Positions 1-9,322 of a stretch of DNA of 64,000 bases are shown here, in pieces. This stretch comes from an uncultured virus (IMG/VR IMGVR_UViG_3300021197_001946) (taxonomy: Duplodnaviria > Heunggongvirae > Uroviricota > Caudoviricetes). The stretch lies in the IMG/VR virus record IMGVR_UViG_3300021197_001946. One strand, given 5' to 3'. Made by a program: the position numbers and the translations under genes. The notes under the pieces are model-generated. The model was given only the letters and a program-made list of their open reading frames with translations, had not been told where the DNA came from and did no database searches. Within the stretch, counting starts at the first letter, position 1. Every line of letters begins with the position of its first letter.

Positions 1-2
1 AT

Positions 3-137
3 GCCGGCGATATGGCGGAGAAGTTTTTGAAGGTAAAAACTCCGGAAGAAAAAGTCGCATTTCTAAATCAATGGGACGAAATAACTAAGGAATACTTCGA
101 AAACACCGAGAGATTCGGGAAAGGTAGCATAAGATGA
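3..137 (+). CDS. 3' end of hypothetical protein (partial, window edge)
   Basis: Open frame from 3 to TGA at 135-137 (...AGDMAEKFLKVKTPEEK...GSIR*). Confidence 0.6.
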   Translation, partial: AGDMAEKFLKVKTPEEKVAFLNQWDEITKEYFENTERFGKGSIR

Positions 138-150
138 ACGGATTAACAAC

Positions 151-603
151 ATGAAAATTACAAAACAACAACTTAAACAGATTATTAAAGAAGAGCTGAG
201 CGAGATTATGTCTTCTGCGGCCAATATGGACGACTTTTATGACGTGTCACCAAGTCGCACTATGGCTGACAAGTTAGCGGCAGGTGGCATTGCTAACCAG
301 CCGGAAGGAACTCGCAGCGAATTAGTACAATTGTTCCAAGGTCTTTTGGGAAAAGTTGGCGAAAACAACGCAGAAGAAGTAGAAGCTCTGGCTGATACGG
401 TTGCCGCCATCATTGAGGGCGCGGGTGAAAATGTATCCAAAAAACTTGGACTAGAAGAGGGTATTGAAAATATTACTCCTGAAAATCTTATGGTGGTCTT
501 TAATGTATTAAAGAAAATGGCACCAATGCTCGGTATGCTTGCTATTGGCACCCCTCTGCTAATGGCAATAGAAAAAAGATTATCGAAAGGAGATAACGGA
601 TGA
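151..603 (+). CDS. Hypothetical head-associated protein with N-terminal KITKQQLKQIIKEE motif
   Basis: ORF; N-terminal motif shared with 2413 and 10907; LSE/IIE/LEE sites. Confidence 0.65.
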   Translation: MKITKQQLKQIIKEELSEIMSSAANMDDFYDVSPSRTMADKLAAGGIANQPEGTRSELVQLFQGLLGKVGENNAEEVEALADTVAAIIEGAGENVSKKLGLEEGIENITPENLMVVFNVLKKMAPMLGMLAIGTPLLMAIEKRLSKGDNG

Positions 604-908
604 GCTTGTGGAATTCAATTAAAGGGTGGATGGACTCGCCTGCTAAGAGTGTTGAGACAGAACCAGCGCCCCTACAACCAGCCGGCGAATCTGCCCGAGT
701 TATAAAGGGAGAAAGCATCGAAGAAATTTTTATTCAAATTTGTACTGATAATCACCTCAGAATAAGAGTAGCAAGAAAATCTGGCTTAGTAGACGCATTT
801 CTTCAATGGTATTCAGGTGCCGACAATAGAGAAGCGATCCTGTCGTCCCTTGATGATTTTAAGGAACAAGTTGATGTTGCTAAACAGAAAATTGGTGATT
901 GGGAGTAG
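600..908 (+). CDS. Hypothetical protein
   Basis: ORF with ATGA overlap to the upstream stop. Confidence 0.65.
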   Translation: MSLWNSIKGWMDSPAKSVETEPAPLQPAGESARVIKGESIEEIFIQICTDNHLRIRVARKSGLVDAFLQWYSGADNREAILSSLDDFKEQVDVAKQKIGDWE

Positions 909-914
909 CGGCAA

Positions 915-1088
915 ATGCCATATAAACGTGAGGGAAAATGCGTCTATATAAAAAAATCTAACTCCTGGAAAAAGAAAGGGTGCTCTAAAACGGTAGAAAA
1001 AGCAAAGAAGTATTTAAAAAAACTTTACTCTGTTGAAGAAATGGTCCGCGAAGAGTTATTAAAAATTTTTAAAGAGAGGGAAAAATGA
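915..1088 (+). CDS. Small basic hypothetical protein (57 aa, not in ORF track)
   Basis: ATG 915 to TGA 1088, MPYKREGKCVYIKK...VEEMVREELLKIF; GGAG upstream; fills the gap between flanking genes. Confidence 0.65.
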   Translation: MPYKREGKCVYIKKSNSWKKKGCSKTVEKAKKYLKKLYSVEEMVREELLKIFKEREK

Positions 1089-1282
1089 TGTCGTATACAA
1101 AAGCAAAATTAGATCGCCTCGTTGAGAAAATGATATCTCGCAAATTTTTGGTGTGGCTGACAGCAACGGGTCTTTTAGCATTCGCAGATCTTACATCTAG
1201 CGATTGGGTAATGATATCAGCAATTTATATTGGCGGACAAACAGTCATTGATGGGATTGCTAAGTTAAAAGGTGTTGCATGA
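1085..1282 (+). CDS. Putative holin-like two-TM membrane protein
   Basis: 65 aa, SRKF followed by two hydrophobic segments, Met-Met start; followed by spanin-like genes. Confidence 0.5.
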   Translation: MMSYTKAKLDRLVEKMISRKFLVWLTATGLLAFADLTSSDWVMISAIYIGGQTVIDGIAKLKGVA

Positions 1283-1662
1283 GTTGGGCAAAGGTACTAC
1301 AATTTGTACTTAAGAACTGGCGAGAACTTCTCGTCATTTTTTCTTTGTCGCTTGTATCACTTAAGATGCGCTTAGATTATAATGCACTCAACAAAGCTTA
1401 CGAGATTTCTAAGCAAGAAACCGAAGAACGTATCGAAGCATTACAATATATTCACAGTGAAGAGCTTGCTCGACGAGAGCAGGCGATTGAAACTTATAAA
1501 GAAGCTTTAAAAGAATTAAGAGATGACTATGAGGAATCTCAAGATAATTTAGAAAGAGAAGAACAAAAAAAAACTAAAGAATACGAGAGACAGTTTTCGC
1601 AAGACAAGGAGGCGTTAGCAGATGAGATTATTAGTACTTTTGACTTTGAGTATGTGGAGTAA
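1279..1662 (+). CDS. Putative i-spanin-like protein (N-terminal TM + coiled coil)
   Basis: Hydrophobic N-terminus followed by E/K/Q-rich helical region; overlaps the next gene. Confidence 0.45.
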   Translation: MSWAKVLQFVLKNWRELLVIFSLSLVSLKMRLDYNALNKAYEISKQETEERIEALQYIHSEELARREQAIETYKEALKELRDDYEESQDNLEREEQKKTKEYERQFSQDKEALADEIISTFDFEYVE

Positions 1663-2050
1663 CACCGCAACTGCTAACGATGTTGGCAAATTTACATTCT
1701 TAGGTTTAAATCAATGCGCTCCTTTTGAGGGAGTGCTGTACGATCCGCTGGCTAATGCCTCTGTGTTATTAGCGCCACAAATAGCAGTAAAACAGTGCGA
1801 TATTCGTTTAAAATATGAATTAGGTATACAAGCTACCGAATATGATTTACAATTACAAAACCTAACAATAAGGCATGAAGCCTTAATATCTGAGTATGAC
1901 ATGAGAGTTCAGTCGCTTGAGAGAGAGTCAGATGCGCTAGCAGAGGCGCTAAAAAAACAAAGTAAAAAGAATCCTGCACTCTGGATCGCCGTCGGTGTTG
2001 CAGGTGGAATGGCCCTTTCGTACGGCGCGTATAAGGTGTTTAATGAGTAA
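1622..2050 (+). CDS. Secreted coiled-coil protein with C-terminal hydrophobic helix (spanin-like)
   Basis: Signal-like MRLLVLLTLSMWSNTATA, coiled coil, C-terminal ALWIAVGVAGGMALSYGAY. Confidence 0.4.
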   Translation: MRLLVLLTLSMWSNTATANDVGKFTFLGLNQCAPFEGVLYDPLANASVLLAPQIAVKQCDIRLKYELGIQATEYDLQLQNLTIRHEALISEYDMRVQSLERESDALAEALKKQSKKNPALWIAVGVAGGMALSYGAYKVFNE

Positions 2051-2426
2051 CGATTATGATAAAATTGCAGCAGTGGAAAAGGCTATAAAAGAAAAGTATG
2101 GCGACGAAACTATACAAAACCCAAGAAATAATTGGGACGAAAAAAAAGAAAAACAATACCTTGAACAAATGAAGAAGTTATATGAGCGCTCAAATAAGAA
2201 ACGAGAGTACTCAGAAAAAATAGATGTAAATGGCATAAAGATATCAAAAAAACTACTTAATAGAGAATCTTTAAAAAATTGTCCAGTTTGTAATGCTTTT
2301 CCTAAAAGCGTTAAGGATGATATCTCTATAATCAAGTTTGAATGTTGCAATAGCTGCTACATAAAATATGTTGAAGATAGAGAAGAACGATGGTTAAAAG
2401 GATGGAGACCAAATGAAAATCAATAA
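2043..2426 (+). CDS. Zinc-finger hypothetical protein
   Basis: CPVC...CCNSC; likely start ATG 2043. Confidence 0.65.
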   Translation: MSNDYDKIAAVEKAIKEKYGDETIQNPRNNWDEKKEKQYLEQMKKLYERSNKKREYSEKIDVNGIKISKKLLNRESLKNCPVCNAFPKSVKDDISIIKFECCNSCYIKYVEDREERWLKGWRPNENQ

Positions 2427-2832
2427 AACAATTCTTAAAAATATTATTAGAGAAGCCCTTGATAGTGAAGAGTTTGACTCTATTGTCGGAGAGCAAGATG
2501 AACAACCAAATGCGTCTGTTGAAAAATTGACAAGTACATTTATCGATAAAGTTGGAAGAATAGCGGCAACAGAGTTAGCACAAATCGATGATGTGGCAGA
2601 AGTTATTCACGCCCTGGCTGAAATAATAAATTTATTGCGCGAAAGAAACCCAACGGATTTTACAGCGGCAGAATATAAACGCGTTGGCATTGAACTTAAA
2701 AAAATGGCTATGGATATGCAAAATGCAAAACCAGAGCAGCCAGAGCAAAAGAAACCCTTTACTGTCGACGATCTTAAGAATGCAGCAAATACTGGAATCA
2801 ATAGACCTGGCACACCAGGAGGACGAGAATAA
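2413..2832 (+). CDS. Hypothetical head-associated protein with KINKTILKNIIRE motif
   Basis: ORF with GGAG RBS; N-terminal motif like ORF 151. Confidence 0.65.
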   Translation: MKINKTILKNIIREALDSEEFDSIVGEQDEQPNASVEKLTSTFIDKVGRIAATELAQIDDVAEVIHALAEIINLLRERNPTDFTAAEYKRVGIELKKMAMDMQNAKPEQPEQKKPFTVDDLKNAANTGINRPGTPGGRE

Positions 2833-3386
2833 TGGCAACGGTTTATGAAATAGTACAAGGATTATCACAAGCTGCAGCCAATGCGTATGACGGCGCCCTC
2901 GACGAAAGCGGAGAACCACTCAAGGCCGGCCTTAAAAGAGAAGAAGGGGATCCAATTCTCGATAAGAGAGTAATGGACGGATTTAATGTTAGATTCTACG
3001 GCAATATGATGTGTCTTTCATATATGGCCGAGGTACAAATTAAAGAAGTGTATGGGAAAGGCTTTGAGTCAGACGTAGAAAGCCAGATAGCAGAAATCGT
3101 TAAGTTCCTGCAGAAAGAATACAAGAAGATTACTGGAAATTCAGTATCGCTAACAACTGAAGGCGAGATTGATGTTCGTGTTGAAAACTCCTCCCGAGTA
3201 CGCTCTTGGGTCACAGCTAAAATGCACTACAAAGTTGGCGGATTAGATGAATCTATGAAAGTGAATGCTGGTACTGACGCACGCCCAGAGTCAAAGTGGG
3301 AAACTTTTATGTCCCAAGGCGGCTGGAATGGCGAAGGCGGCAAGCGTCCTGATAACGACACGAGACCAAAACCAAAAAATGATTAA
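2832..3386 (+). CDS. Hypothetical protein immediately upstream of terminase
   Basis: ORF with TAATG coupling at both ends. Confidence 0.7.
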   Translation: MATVYEIVQGLSQAAANAYDGALDESGEPLKAGLKREEGDPILDKRVMDGFNVRFYGNMMCLSYMAEVQIKEVYGKGFESDVESQIAEIVKFLQKEYKKITGNSVSLTTEGEIDVRVENSSRVRSWVTAKMHYKVGGLDESMKVNAGTDARPESKWETFMSQGGWNGEGGKRPDNDTRPKPKND

Positions 3387-4969
3387 TGCCGTTTCAATTA
3401 GACAAAAAAGAACAAATAAAAGAAATACTCAAGTGTGGTAAAGACCCCGCTTACTTTCTAACAAATTATGCCCGTATATCTCATCCGATGCACGGGCTAA
3501 TCCTTTTTAATACATATGATTTCCAAGACACGTTACTACAAGATTTTAATGATTATCGCTTTAATGTTATTTTAAAAGCGCGCCAGCTTGGAATATCGAC
3601 AATTACTGCTGGATACATCGCCTGGATGATGTTGTTTCATCGTGATAAATCTATCCTTGTTATGGCAACTAAGTTTGCAACAGCAGGCAATCTAGTTAAA
3701 AAAGTTAAAAGCATAATGAAGAACCTACCAGACTGGGTTCGAATCTCATCAATCTCAGTAGACAATAGGACTTCATTTGAGCTTTCAAATGGTTCTTCCA
3801 TCAAGGCTGCTTCGACTTCTGGCGATGCCGGCCGATCCGAAGCCCTGTCGCTGCTTGTGCTTGACGAGGCTGCTCACATTGAGGGCCTTGAAGAACTATG
3901 GACAGGTCTATATCCAACGTTATCAACTGGTGGCCGTTGCATTGCACTATCGACCCCTAACGGCGTCGGTAATTGGTTTCATAAAACATGTACTGACGCA
4001 GAAGCAAATGCAAATAACTTCCATTTAACAACACTATCTTGGGATGTACACCCCGACAGAGATTCTAACTGGTATAAAAAAGAAACCAGAAATATGTCCA
4101 AGCGACAGATTGCACAAGAGTTAGAATGTAGTTTCAACACTTCTGGAGAAACAGTAATCGACCCTGATTGTATGAAGTGGTTAATAGGAAACATAAAGGA
4201 ACCAAAATATAGAACAGGTTTTGACCGCAATTTTTGGATTTGGGAGGAGTTTGATCCAAGCTGTAATTATCTTGCAGTTGCAGATGTTTCACGCGGTGAC
4301 GGTGCTGACTACTCTACTTTGCATATGATTAAGTTAGAGACTCTCGAAATAGTAGGCGAGTATCAAGGTAAACCAACGCCAGATATGTATGCAAACTTCT
4401 TGAATCAAGTAGGGAGAGAGTTTGGAAACGCGATGCTTGTGGTAGAAAACAACAACATCGGTTACACGGTTCTCGATAAACTGGTCGAACATGGATATCC
4501 AAATTTGTACTTTTCGGTTAAGTCTACACATGAATATATAGAGCAGCACCAAGCTGAGGCGTTATCATCCGCAGTAGCTGGATTTACCACCTCAATGAAA
4601 ACTCGACCTCTTATCGTAGCGAAATTAGAAGAGTTTATAAGAAACAAACTAATTAAAATATATTCATCTCGAACAATTAATGAGATGAAAACTTTTATTT
4701 GGAGAAATGGTCGCCCCCAAGCAATGAAAGGTTATAACGATGATCTCGTTATGGCTTTAGCAATTGCTTGCTGGGTAAGAGATACAGCGCTGCAAGCAAA
4801 CGCAAGAGATCTAAACTATCAAAAAGCGTTTATTGGCGGAATCAAGACTTCTAAAACTACTATGAATACACAAATTAAAGGTCAAGAAGGCTACAAAAAA
4901 AATAGTATCTTTGATAAAATGAATGAAGCACAAAAAATGTATGACCAATTCAATTGGATTATAAAGTGA
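3386..4969 (+). CDS. terL: Terminase large subunit (T4 gp17-like)
   Basis: Walker A-like KARQLGIST, Walker B LLVLDEAA, STPNG coupling motif, nuclease ADVSRG..DYS and NDDLVMA. Confidence 0.95.
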   Translation: MPFQLDKKEQIKEILKCGKDPAYFLTNYARISHPMHGLILFNTYDFQDTLLQDFNDYRFNVILKARQLGISTITAGYIAWMMLFHRDKSILVMATKFATAGNLVKKVKSIMKNLPDWVRISSISVDNRTSFELSNGSSIKAASTSGDAGRSEALSLLVLDEAAHIEGLEELWTGLYPTLSTGGRCIALSTPNGVGNWFHKTCTDAEANANNFHLTTLSWDVHPDRDSNWYKKETRNMSKRQIAQELECSFNTSGETVIDPDCMKWLIGNIKEPKYRTGFDRNFWIWEEFDPSCNYLAVADVSRGDGADYSTLHMIKLETLEIVGEYQGKPTPDMYANFLNQVGREFGNAMLVVENNNIGYTVLDKLVEHGYPNLYFSVKSTHEYIEQHQAEALSSAVAGFTTSMKTRPLIVAKLEEFIRNKLIKIYSSRTINEMKTFIWRNGRPQAMKGYNDDLVMALAIACWVRDTALQANARDLNYQKAFIGGIKTSKTTMNTQIKGQEGYKKNSIFDKMNEAQKMYDQFNWIIK

Positions 4970-4977
4970 GAGGATAA

Positions 4978-6990
4978 ATGGCAGATAATAGAGTAAGACC
5001 CAAGGGCAAAAATCCAGCAAATCAAGAATCCGAACTGTTTAAAAGATTAACACGTCTTTTTTCAGGTCCGATAATTAATTACCGATCCCAATCCGGCCGC
5101 AGGATTAGACGCCAACACTTAGATAAATATTCAGCTAGATTTAAATCAGCTTCTGGTCAACAGTTTAAGAAGACATTATATAACCCACTTGATCAGATAG
5201 CTACAAATGCAATTGCTAATCAACGCCGCTCTGAGCGATATATTGATTTTGATCAAATGGAATATATGCCAGAGATCGCATCTTCTATGGATATATATGC
5301 GGATGAGATGACAACTCATTCCGAATTAAAACCAATGCTTAATATTAAATGTGCGAATGAAGAAATTAAAGCAGTTCTAGGGATCCTTTATTCTAGCATT
5401 TTAAATCTTGAGTATAACTTATTTGGCTGGGCACGTACAATGTGCAAGTACGGCGACTTTTTTCTGTATATGGATATTGATGATAAGTTTGGTGTTAAAT
5501 CAGTTATTGCATTGCCAATACAAGAGCTTGAACGCTTAGAGGGTCAAGACGCGACAAATCCAAATTATGTTCAATACCAGTGGAATTCAGCGGGAATGAC
5601 GTTTGAAAACTGGCAAGTTGCTCACTTTCGTATTCTTGGTAATGATAAGTATGCACCATACGGCACATCCATTCTTGAGCCGGCGCGCCGCATTTGGCGT
5701 CAGCTTACTCTTATGGAGGACGCTATGATGGCTTATCGAGTTGTGCGCTCGTCTGAACGCCGCGTATTTAAAATAGATGTTGGCGCTATTCCGCCACAAG
5801 ACGTTGAACAATATATGGAAAAAATTGTAACCCAACTTAAGCGCCACTCTGTAATTGATCACACCACTGGTCGAGTTGATTTACGCTACAATCCTATGTC
5901 AATTGAAGAAGACTATTTTATTCCTGTAAGGGCAGGTTCGGTTACCGACATCCAGACTCTTGCCGGCGCACAGAACATTACACAGATTGATGATATCAAA
6001 TATCTACGTGACAAGCTTTTTTCCGCGCTAAAAATTCCTCAAGCATATCTTGCAATGGGAGAAGGCGCTGCAGAAGACAAGACAACTCTTGCGCAAAAAG
6101 ATATTCGTTTTGCAAGAACAATCCAAAGATTACAAAGAGTTATTATCGCGGAACTAGAAAAGATTGGAATCATACATCTTTATACTTTAGGTTTCCGAGG
6201 CGATGACTTATTATCGTTTAAACTTGCCTTAAATAATCCATCTAAAATTGCAGAGCTACAGGAGATTGAACACTGGAAAGCTAAGTTTGATATTGCAGCA
6301 TCAGCTACTGAAGGGTTCTTTAGTCGCCGATGGGTTGCTGAGCATATATTTGGTATGTCACATGAAGAGTTTGCGAGAAATCAAAGAGAAATGTTTTATG
6401 ATCGCAAGCACGACGCGTCACTTCAAACAGTTGCAGAAGCGGTCGGAGCAGCCGGTGACGTGGGCGGCGGCGGTCTAGGCGGTGGTTTAGGCGCCGATCT
6501 TGGTGGCGATTTAGGCGCCGACTTAGAAGAACCCATGGCGACAGGACCAGAAGAGATGCCCGCCGTTTCTCCGGACGCATCCGCTGCTGGCGATGCTCCA
6601 GCTGGCGAAGACTCGACGCTCTTGGCAGTACCTCCAGGTTCACGTGATGGCGATATAAGAACGTATGAAAAAAGTTCGTATAAAGCAGTAAAGCCATCAG
6701 CGGATGGAAGAAAAAAGAGTGGCTTTCGAAAGAGCCAGCTAGCAAAAACTAATTTTGAAAAACGGGGCCGAGCCAACCGAGCAAAATTTCCAGGCTCACA
6801 AAATATGTTTACCGACACCATACCAGATCCAGGAAATGGCCTTTATGAACAACAAGAACCTATTTATAGTTTGAATGAGGAAATCGAAGAGCAGAAATTA
6901 TTTGAAGTTAATAACTCGATTATTCAATTGATAGAAGGTTTGGATAGTGATTTTAATAAAAAATTGATGGAGAACAAGAATGAAGACTAA
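4978..6990 (+). CDS. Portal protein (T4 gp20-like) with extended low-complexity C-terminus
   Basis: LMEDAMMAYRVVRSSERRVFKIDVG, EDYFIPVR, IDDIKYLRDKLFSALKIP are typical of gp20. Confidence 0.95.
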   Translation: MADNRVRPKGKNPANQESELFKRLTRLFSGPIINYRSQSGRRIRRQHLDKYSARFKSASGQQFKKTLYNPLDQIATNAIANQRRSERYIDFDQMEYMPEIASSMDIYADEMTTHSELKPMLNIKCANEEIKAVLGILYSSILNLEYNLFGWARTMCKYGDFFLYMDIDDKFGVKSVIALPIQELERLEGQDATNPNYVQYQWNSAGMTFENWQVAHFRILGNDKYAPYGTSILEPARRIWRQLTLMEDAMMAYRVVRSSERRVFKIDVGAIPPQDVEQYMEKIVTQLKRHSVIDHTTGRVDLRYNPMSIEEDYFIPVRAGSVTDIQTLAGAQNITQIDDIKYLRDKLFSALKIPQAYLAMGEGAAEDKTTLAQKDIRFARTIQRLQRVIIAELEKIGIIHLYTLGFRGDDLLSFKLALNNPSKIAELQEIEHWKAKFDIAASATEGFFSRRWVAEHIFGMSHEEFARNQREMFYDRKHDASLQTVAEAVGAAGDVGGGGLGGGLGADLGGDLGADLEEPMATGPEEMPAVSPDASAAGDAPAGEDSTLLAVPPGSRDGDIRTYEKSSYKAVKPSADGRKKSGFRKSQLAKTNFEKRGRANRAKFPGSQNMFTDTIPDPGNGLYEQQEPIYSLNEEIEEQKLFEVNNSIIQLIEGLDSDFNKKLMENKNED

Positions 6991-7804
6991 GCACAATAAA
7001 AAAAGAAACACCGCATTTGTTTATGAATCTCTAATAAGAGAAATGACCGCCTCTGTCATTAAAAAAGATCCAAAAGCGAAAGCAAAGGTTATGGCAATTA
7101 TACAAAAGCATTTTCATAGCGACAGTGTCTTGTCCTTTGATTTAAAAAATTATCGCTCACTTTTTGAAAACCAGAACATTGATAAGCAAACTTGTCAACA
7201 TATTTTAAGAGAAGCAAAAATTAACAATCGCTCAATTAACCCTAAAGTTCTTTTTGAAGCACAAGGAAAATTAATTGATGATATCAACAAACAAATAGGC
7301 TCTTCAGTCTTTAATACCTTTGTGCCAAACTACAAAACTTTAGCATCAATTTATCAAATTTTTTCACCAATAACAAGCCCAAAGTCAAGAGTGATCCTGG
7401 AGACTCAACTTGTTGATGATATGTCTGCTGAAAAAACGCAGGACAATATGGAATATATTGACTCTATCACCTTAAATGAATTTGTTAAAAAGTTTAATAC
7501 AAAATATTCTGAAAAGTTTTTGGACGAACAAAAGGAATTATTAAACGTATACATAACATCGTTTGTTGACAATGGCTTGGGTCTTAAAGTGTTTTTAAAT
7601 GAAGAGTTAAGCAGAATGAATTCGTTGCTGGAAAATTCTAAAAACATCGATGAGCTACAAAGTGACGAAGAAATGATAGCAAAAGTTAATAAAGTTCAGC
7701 ACCTGATAGAATCATTTAAAGAAACAAAAATAGATGAAGACTCACTATTTAAAATTTTAAAAACTCAAGAATTGGTAAAGGAAATACACGCGAATGCCAG
7801 TTAA
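6980..7804 (+). CDS. Hypothetical head morphogenesis protein
   Basis: ORF between portal and protease; KHNKKRNTAFVYE N-terminus. Confidence 0.65.
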   Translation: MKTKHNKKRNTAFVYESLIREMTASVIKKDPKAKAKVMAIIQKHFHSDSVLSFDLKNYRSLFENQNIDKQTCQHILREAKINNRSINPKVLFEAQGKLIDDINKQIGSSVFNTFVPNYKTLASIYQIFSPITSPKSRVILETQLVDDMSAEKTQDNMEYIDSITLNEFVKKFNTKYSEKFLDEQKELLNVYITSFVDNGLGLKVFLNEELSRMNSLLENSKNIDELQSDEEMIAKVNKVQHLIESFKETKIDEDSLFKILKTQELVKEIHANAS

Positions 7805-8333
7805 GATCAAAATAGCAAGGGAACACGAAACTGCGATTGTCCAATTAGAACTTAATATAAGAAAATCGCTCGCTGGAGACTTGATGATATTTGATCATGG
7901 TGATATTGATATTGTATTATCACCAAATAATAATAAAATTATTGCTTTTCCGAAAGAAACATTGACTGATTTAGTCTACGGTGCACAAAATAGGTTGTTT
8001 GCACACTTGAGGAAGAGAGGTATTGTTGTCGCTGAAAGCATTCAGGCCGGCTCGTATTTTGGTTCCTTCGAAGCTGAAATGCAAAAACCATTCCTTCAAG
8101 ATTTAACTGCAGCCAAGCATGCGCTTGTTAATATTTCAAGCTTCATCGATGAGGAAAGACCTTACTTTGAATCAACCGAAGCGATTATCTCAATGACTGA
8201 TGACGATTTGATACATCCTGATAAAGAAGATTCAACAGAATTAGGCGAAGTTCCACAGTCGACAGAAAAAGGCTCAATTCGTCCCGGATTTATCAGAGAT
8301 CCGTATTCATTAAATTACCTGTATACAATCTAG
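7794..8333 (+). CDS. Hypothetical protein
   Basis: ORF in head operon. Confidence 0.7.
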   Translation: MPVKIKIAREHETAIVQLELNIRKSLAGDLMIFDHGDIDIVLSPNNNKIIAFPKETLTDLVYGAQNRLFAHLRKRGIVVAESIQAGSYFGSFEAEMQKPFLQDLTAAKHALVNISSFIDEERPYFESTEAIISMTDDDLIHPDKEDSTELGEVPQSTEKGSIRPGFIRDPYSLNYLYTI

Positions 8334-8341
8334 GAGTTAAA

Positions 8342-8692
8342 TTGGAACTTGTAACATTTATGCTGTGTGCTTACGGGCTCACACAGATACTAATATATGG
8401 AAAAATATTTGATGGCTTAAGACCATCGGAGGGGCGCCTCGGCCAACTCTTCAAATGTCCAATGTGTATGGGATTTCATGTTGGTTGGTTTTTAATGCTT
8501 CTTTCTCCGTTTACAGAACTATTTAGTTTTGAGGTTTCTATAGTAAACTACTTCCTACTTGGATGGTTATCATCAGGAACATCTTATATTTTGAATATGA
8601 TATTCGGAGACAATGGAGTTAAATATGAACACAAATATGCAAACAGCGACACCTGCCACTTGGACAAACAAGTGGATGCTGCAGCCAGTTAG
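8342..8692 (+). CDS. Membrane protein with CxxC (DUF1360-like)
   Basis: TTG start after AGGAG; hydrophobic segments; LFKCPMCMGFHVG. Confidence 0.55.
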   Translation: MELVTFMLCAYGLTQILIYGKIFDGLRPSEGRLGQLFKCPMCMGFHVGWFLMLLSPFTELFSFEVSIVNYFLLGWLSSGTSYILNMIFGDNGVKYEHKYANSDTCHLDKQVDAAAS

Positions 8693-8714
8693 GCGCTGCT
8701 GCAAAGGATCTTAA
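8625..8714 (+). CDS. Putative 29-aa peptide MNTNMQTATPATWTNKWMLQPVRRCCKGS
   Basis: GGAG RBS at about 8615, ATG 8625, TAA 8714, two nt before the protease ATG. Confidence 0.45.
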   Translation: MNTNMQTATPATWTNKWMLQPVRRCCKGS

Positions 8715-8716
8715 CT

Positions 8717-9322
8717 ATGGGTCAGAAGCTATTGAGAGAGTATTATGAACTCTGCGATGGCGGTATATGTCAAGATCTTTTAACTGAAGATGAAAAGGCA
8801 TTTGTTGCCGCCGGCGGTATGTTCCTGACAGGAATCATTCAAAAGGCTGACACTGTTAACGGGAATGGTCGTGTCTATCCAGAGCACGTACTCAAAAGAG
8901 AAATGGTTAATTATTCTAAGCTCGTTAAAGAACGTCGAGCCCTTGGAGAATTAGATCACCCGGAAGACTCAGTTATCAATCTTAAAAATGCTTCGCATAT
9001 GATGACTGATGTGTGGTGGGATGGTAAAGCTGTTATGGGCAAAGCAAAGATCTTAGACACACCTTCCGGTCAAGTTTTACGCTCACTTGTTCAAGCCGGC
9101 GTGAGCATCGGTATATCGTCCCGCGGGATGGGTTCTGTTACGGAATCACAAGGCAATACAGTGGTTGAAGATGATTTTCAATTGATTTGTTTTGATTTTG
9201 TGTCAGAGCCTTCAACTCCAGGCGCCTTTATGATGAAAGAAGCAAAAGAATTTAACAATGAAGTATTTACAAAGGCGGATAAAATTAACCGTCTACTTAA
9301 CGAGGTATTAGAAAATGAGTGA
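8717..9322 (+). CDS. Prohead core protease (T4 gp21-like)
   Basis: NGNGRVYP, ALGELDHP (His), GISSRGMGS (Ser), FDFVSEPSTPGA. Confidence 0.93.
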   Translation: MGQKLLREYYELCDGGICQDLLTEDEKAFVAAGGMFLTGIIQKADTVNGNGRVYPEHVLKREMVNYSKLVKERRALGELDHPEDSVINLKNASHMMTDVWWDGKAVMGKAKILDTPSGQVLRSLVQAGVSIGISSRGMGSVTESQGNTVVEDDFQLICFDFVSEPSTPGAFMMKEAKEFNNEVFTKADKINRLLNEVLENE

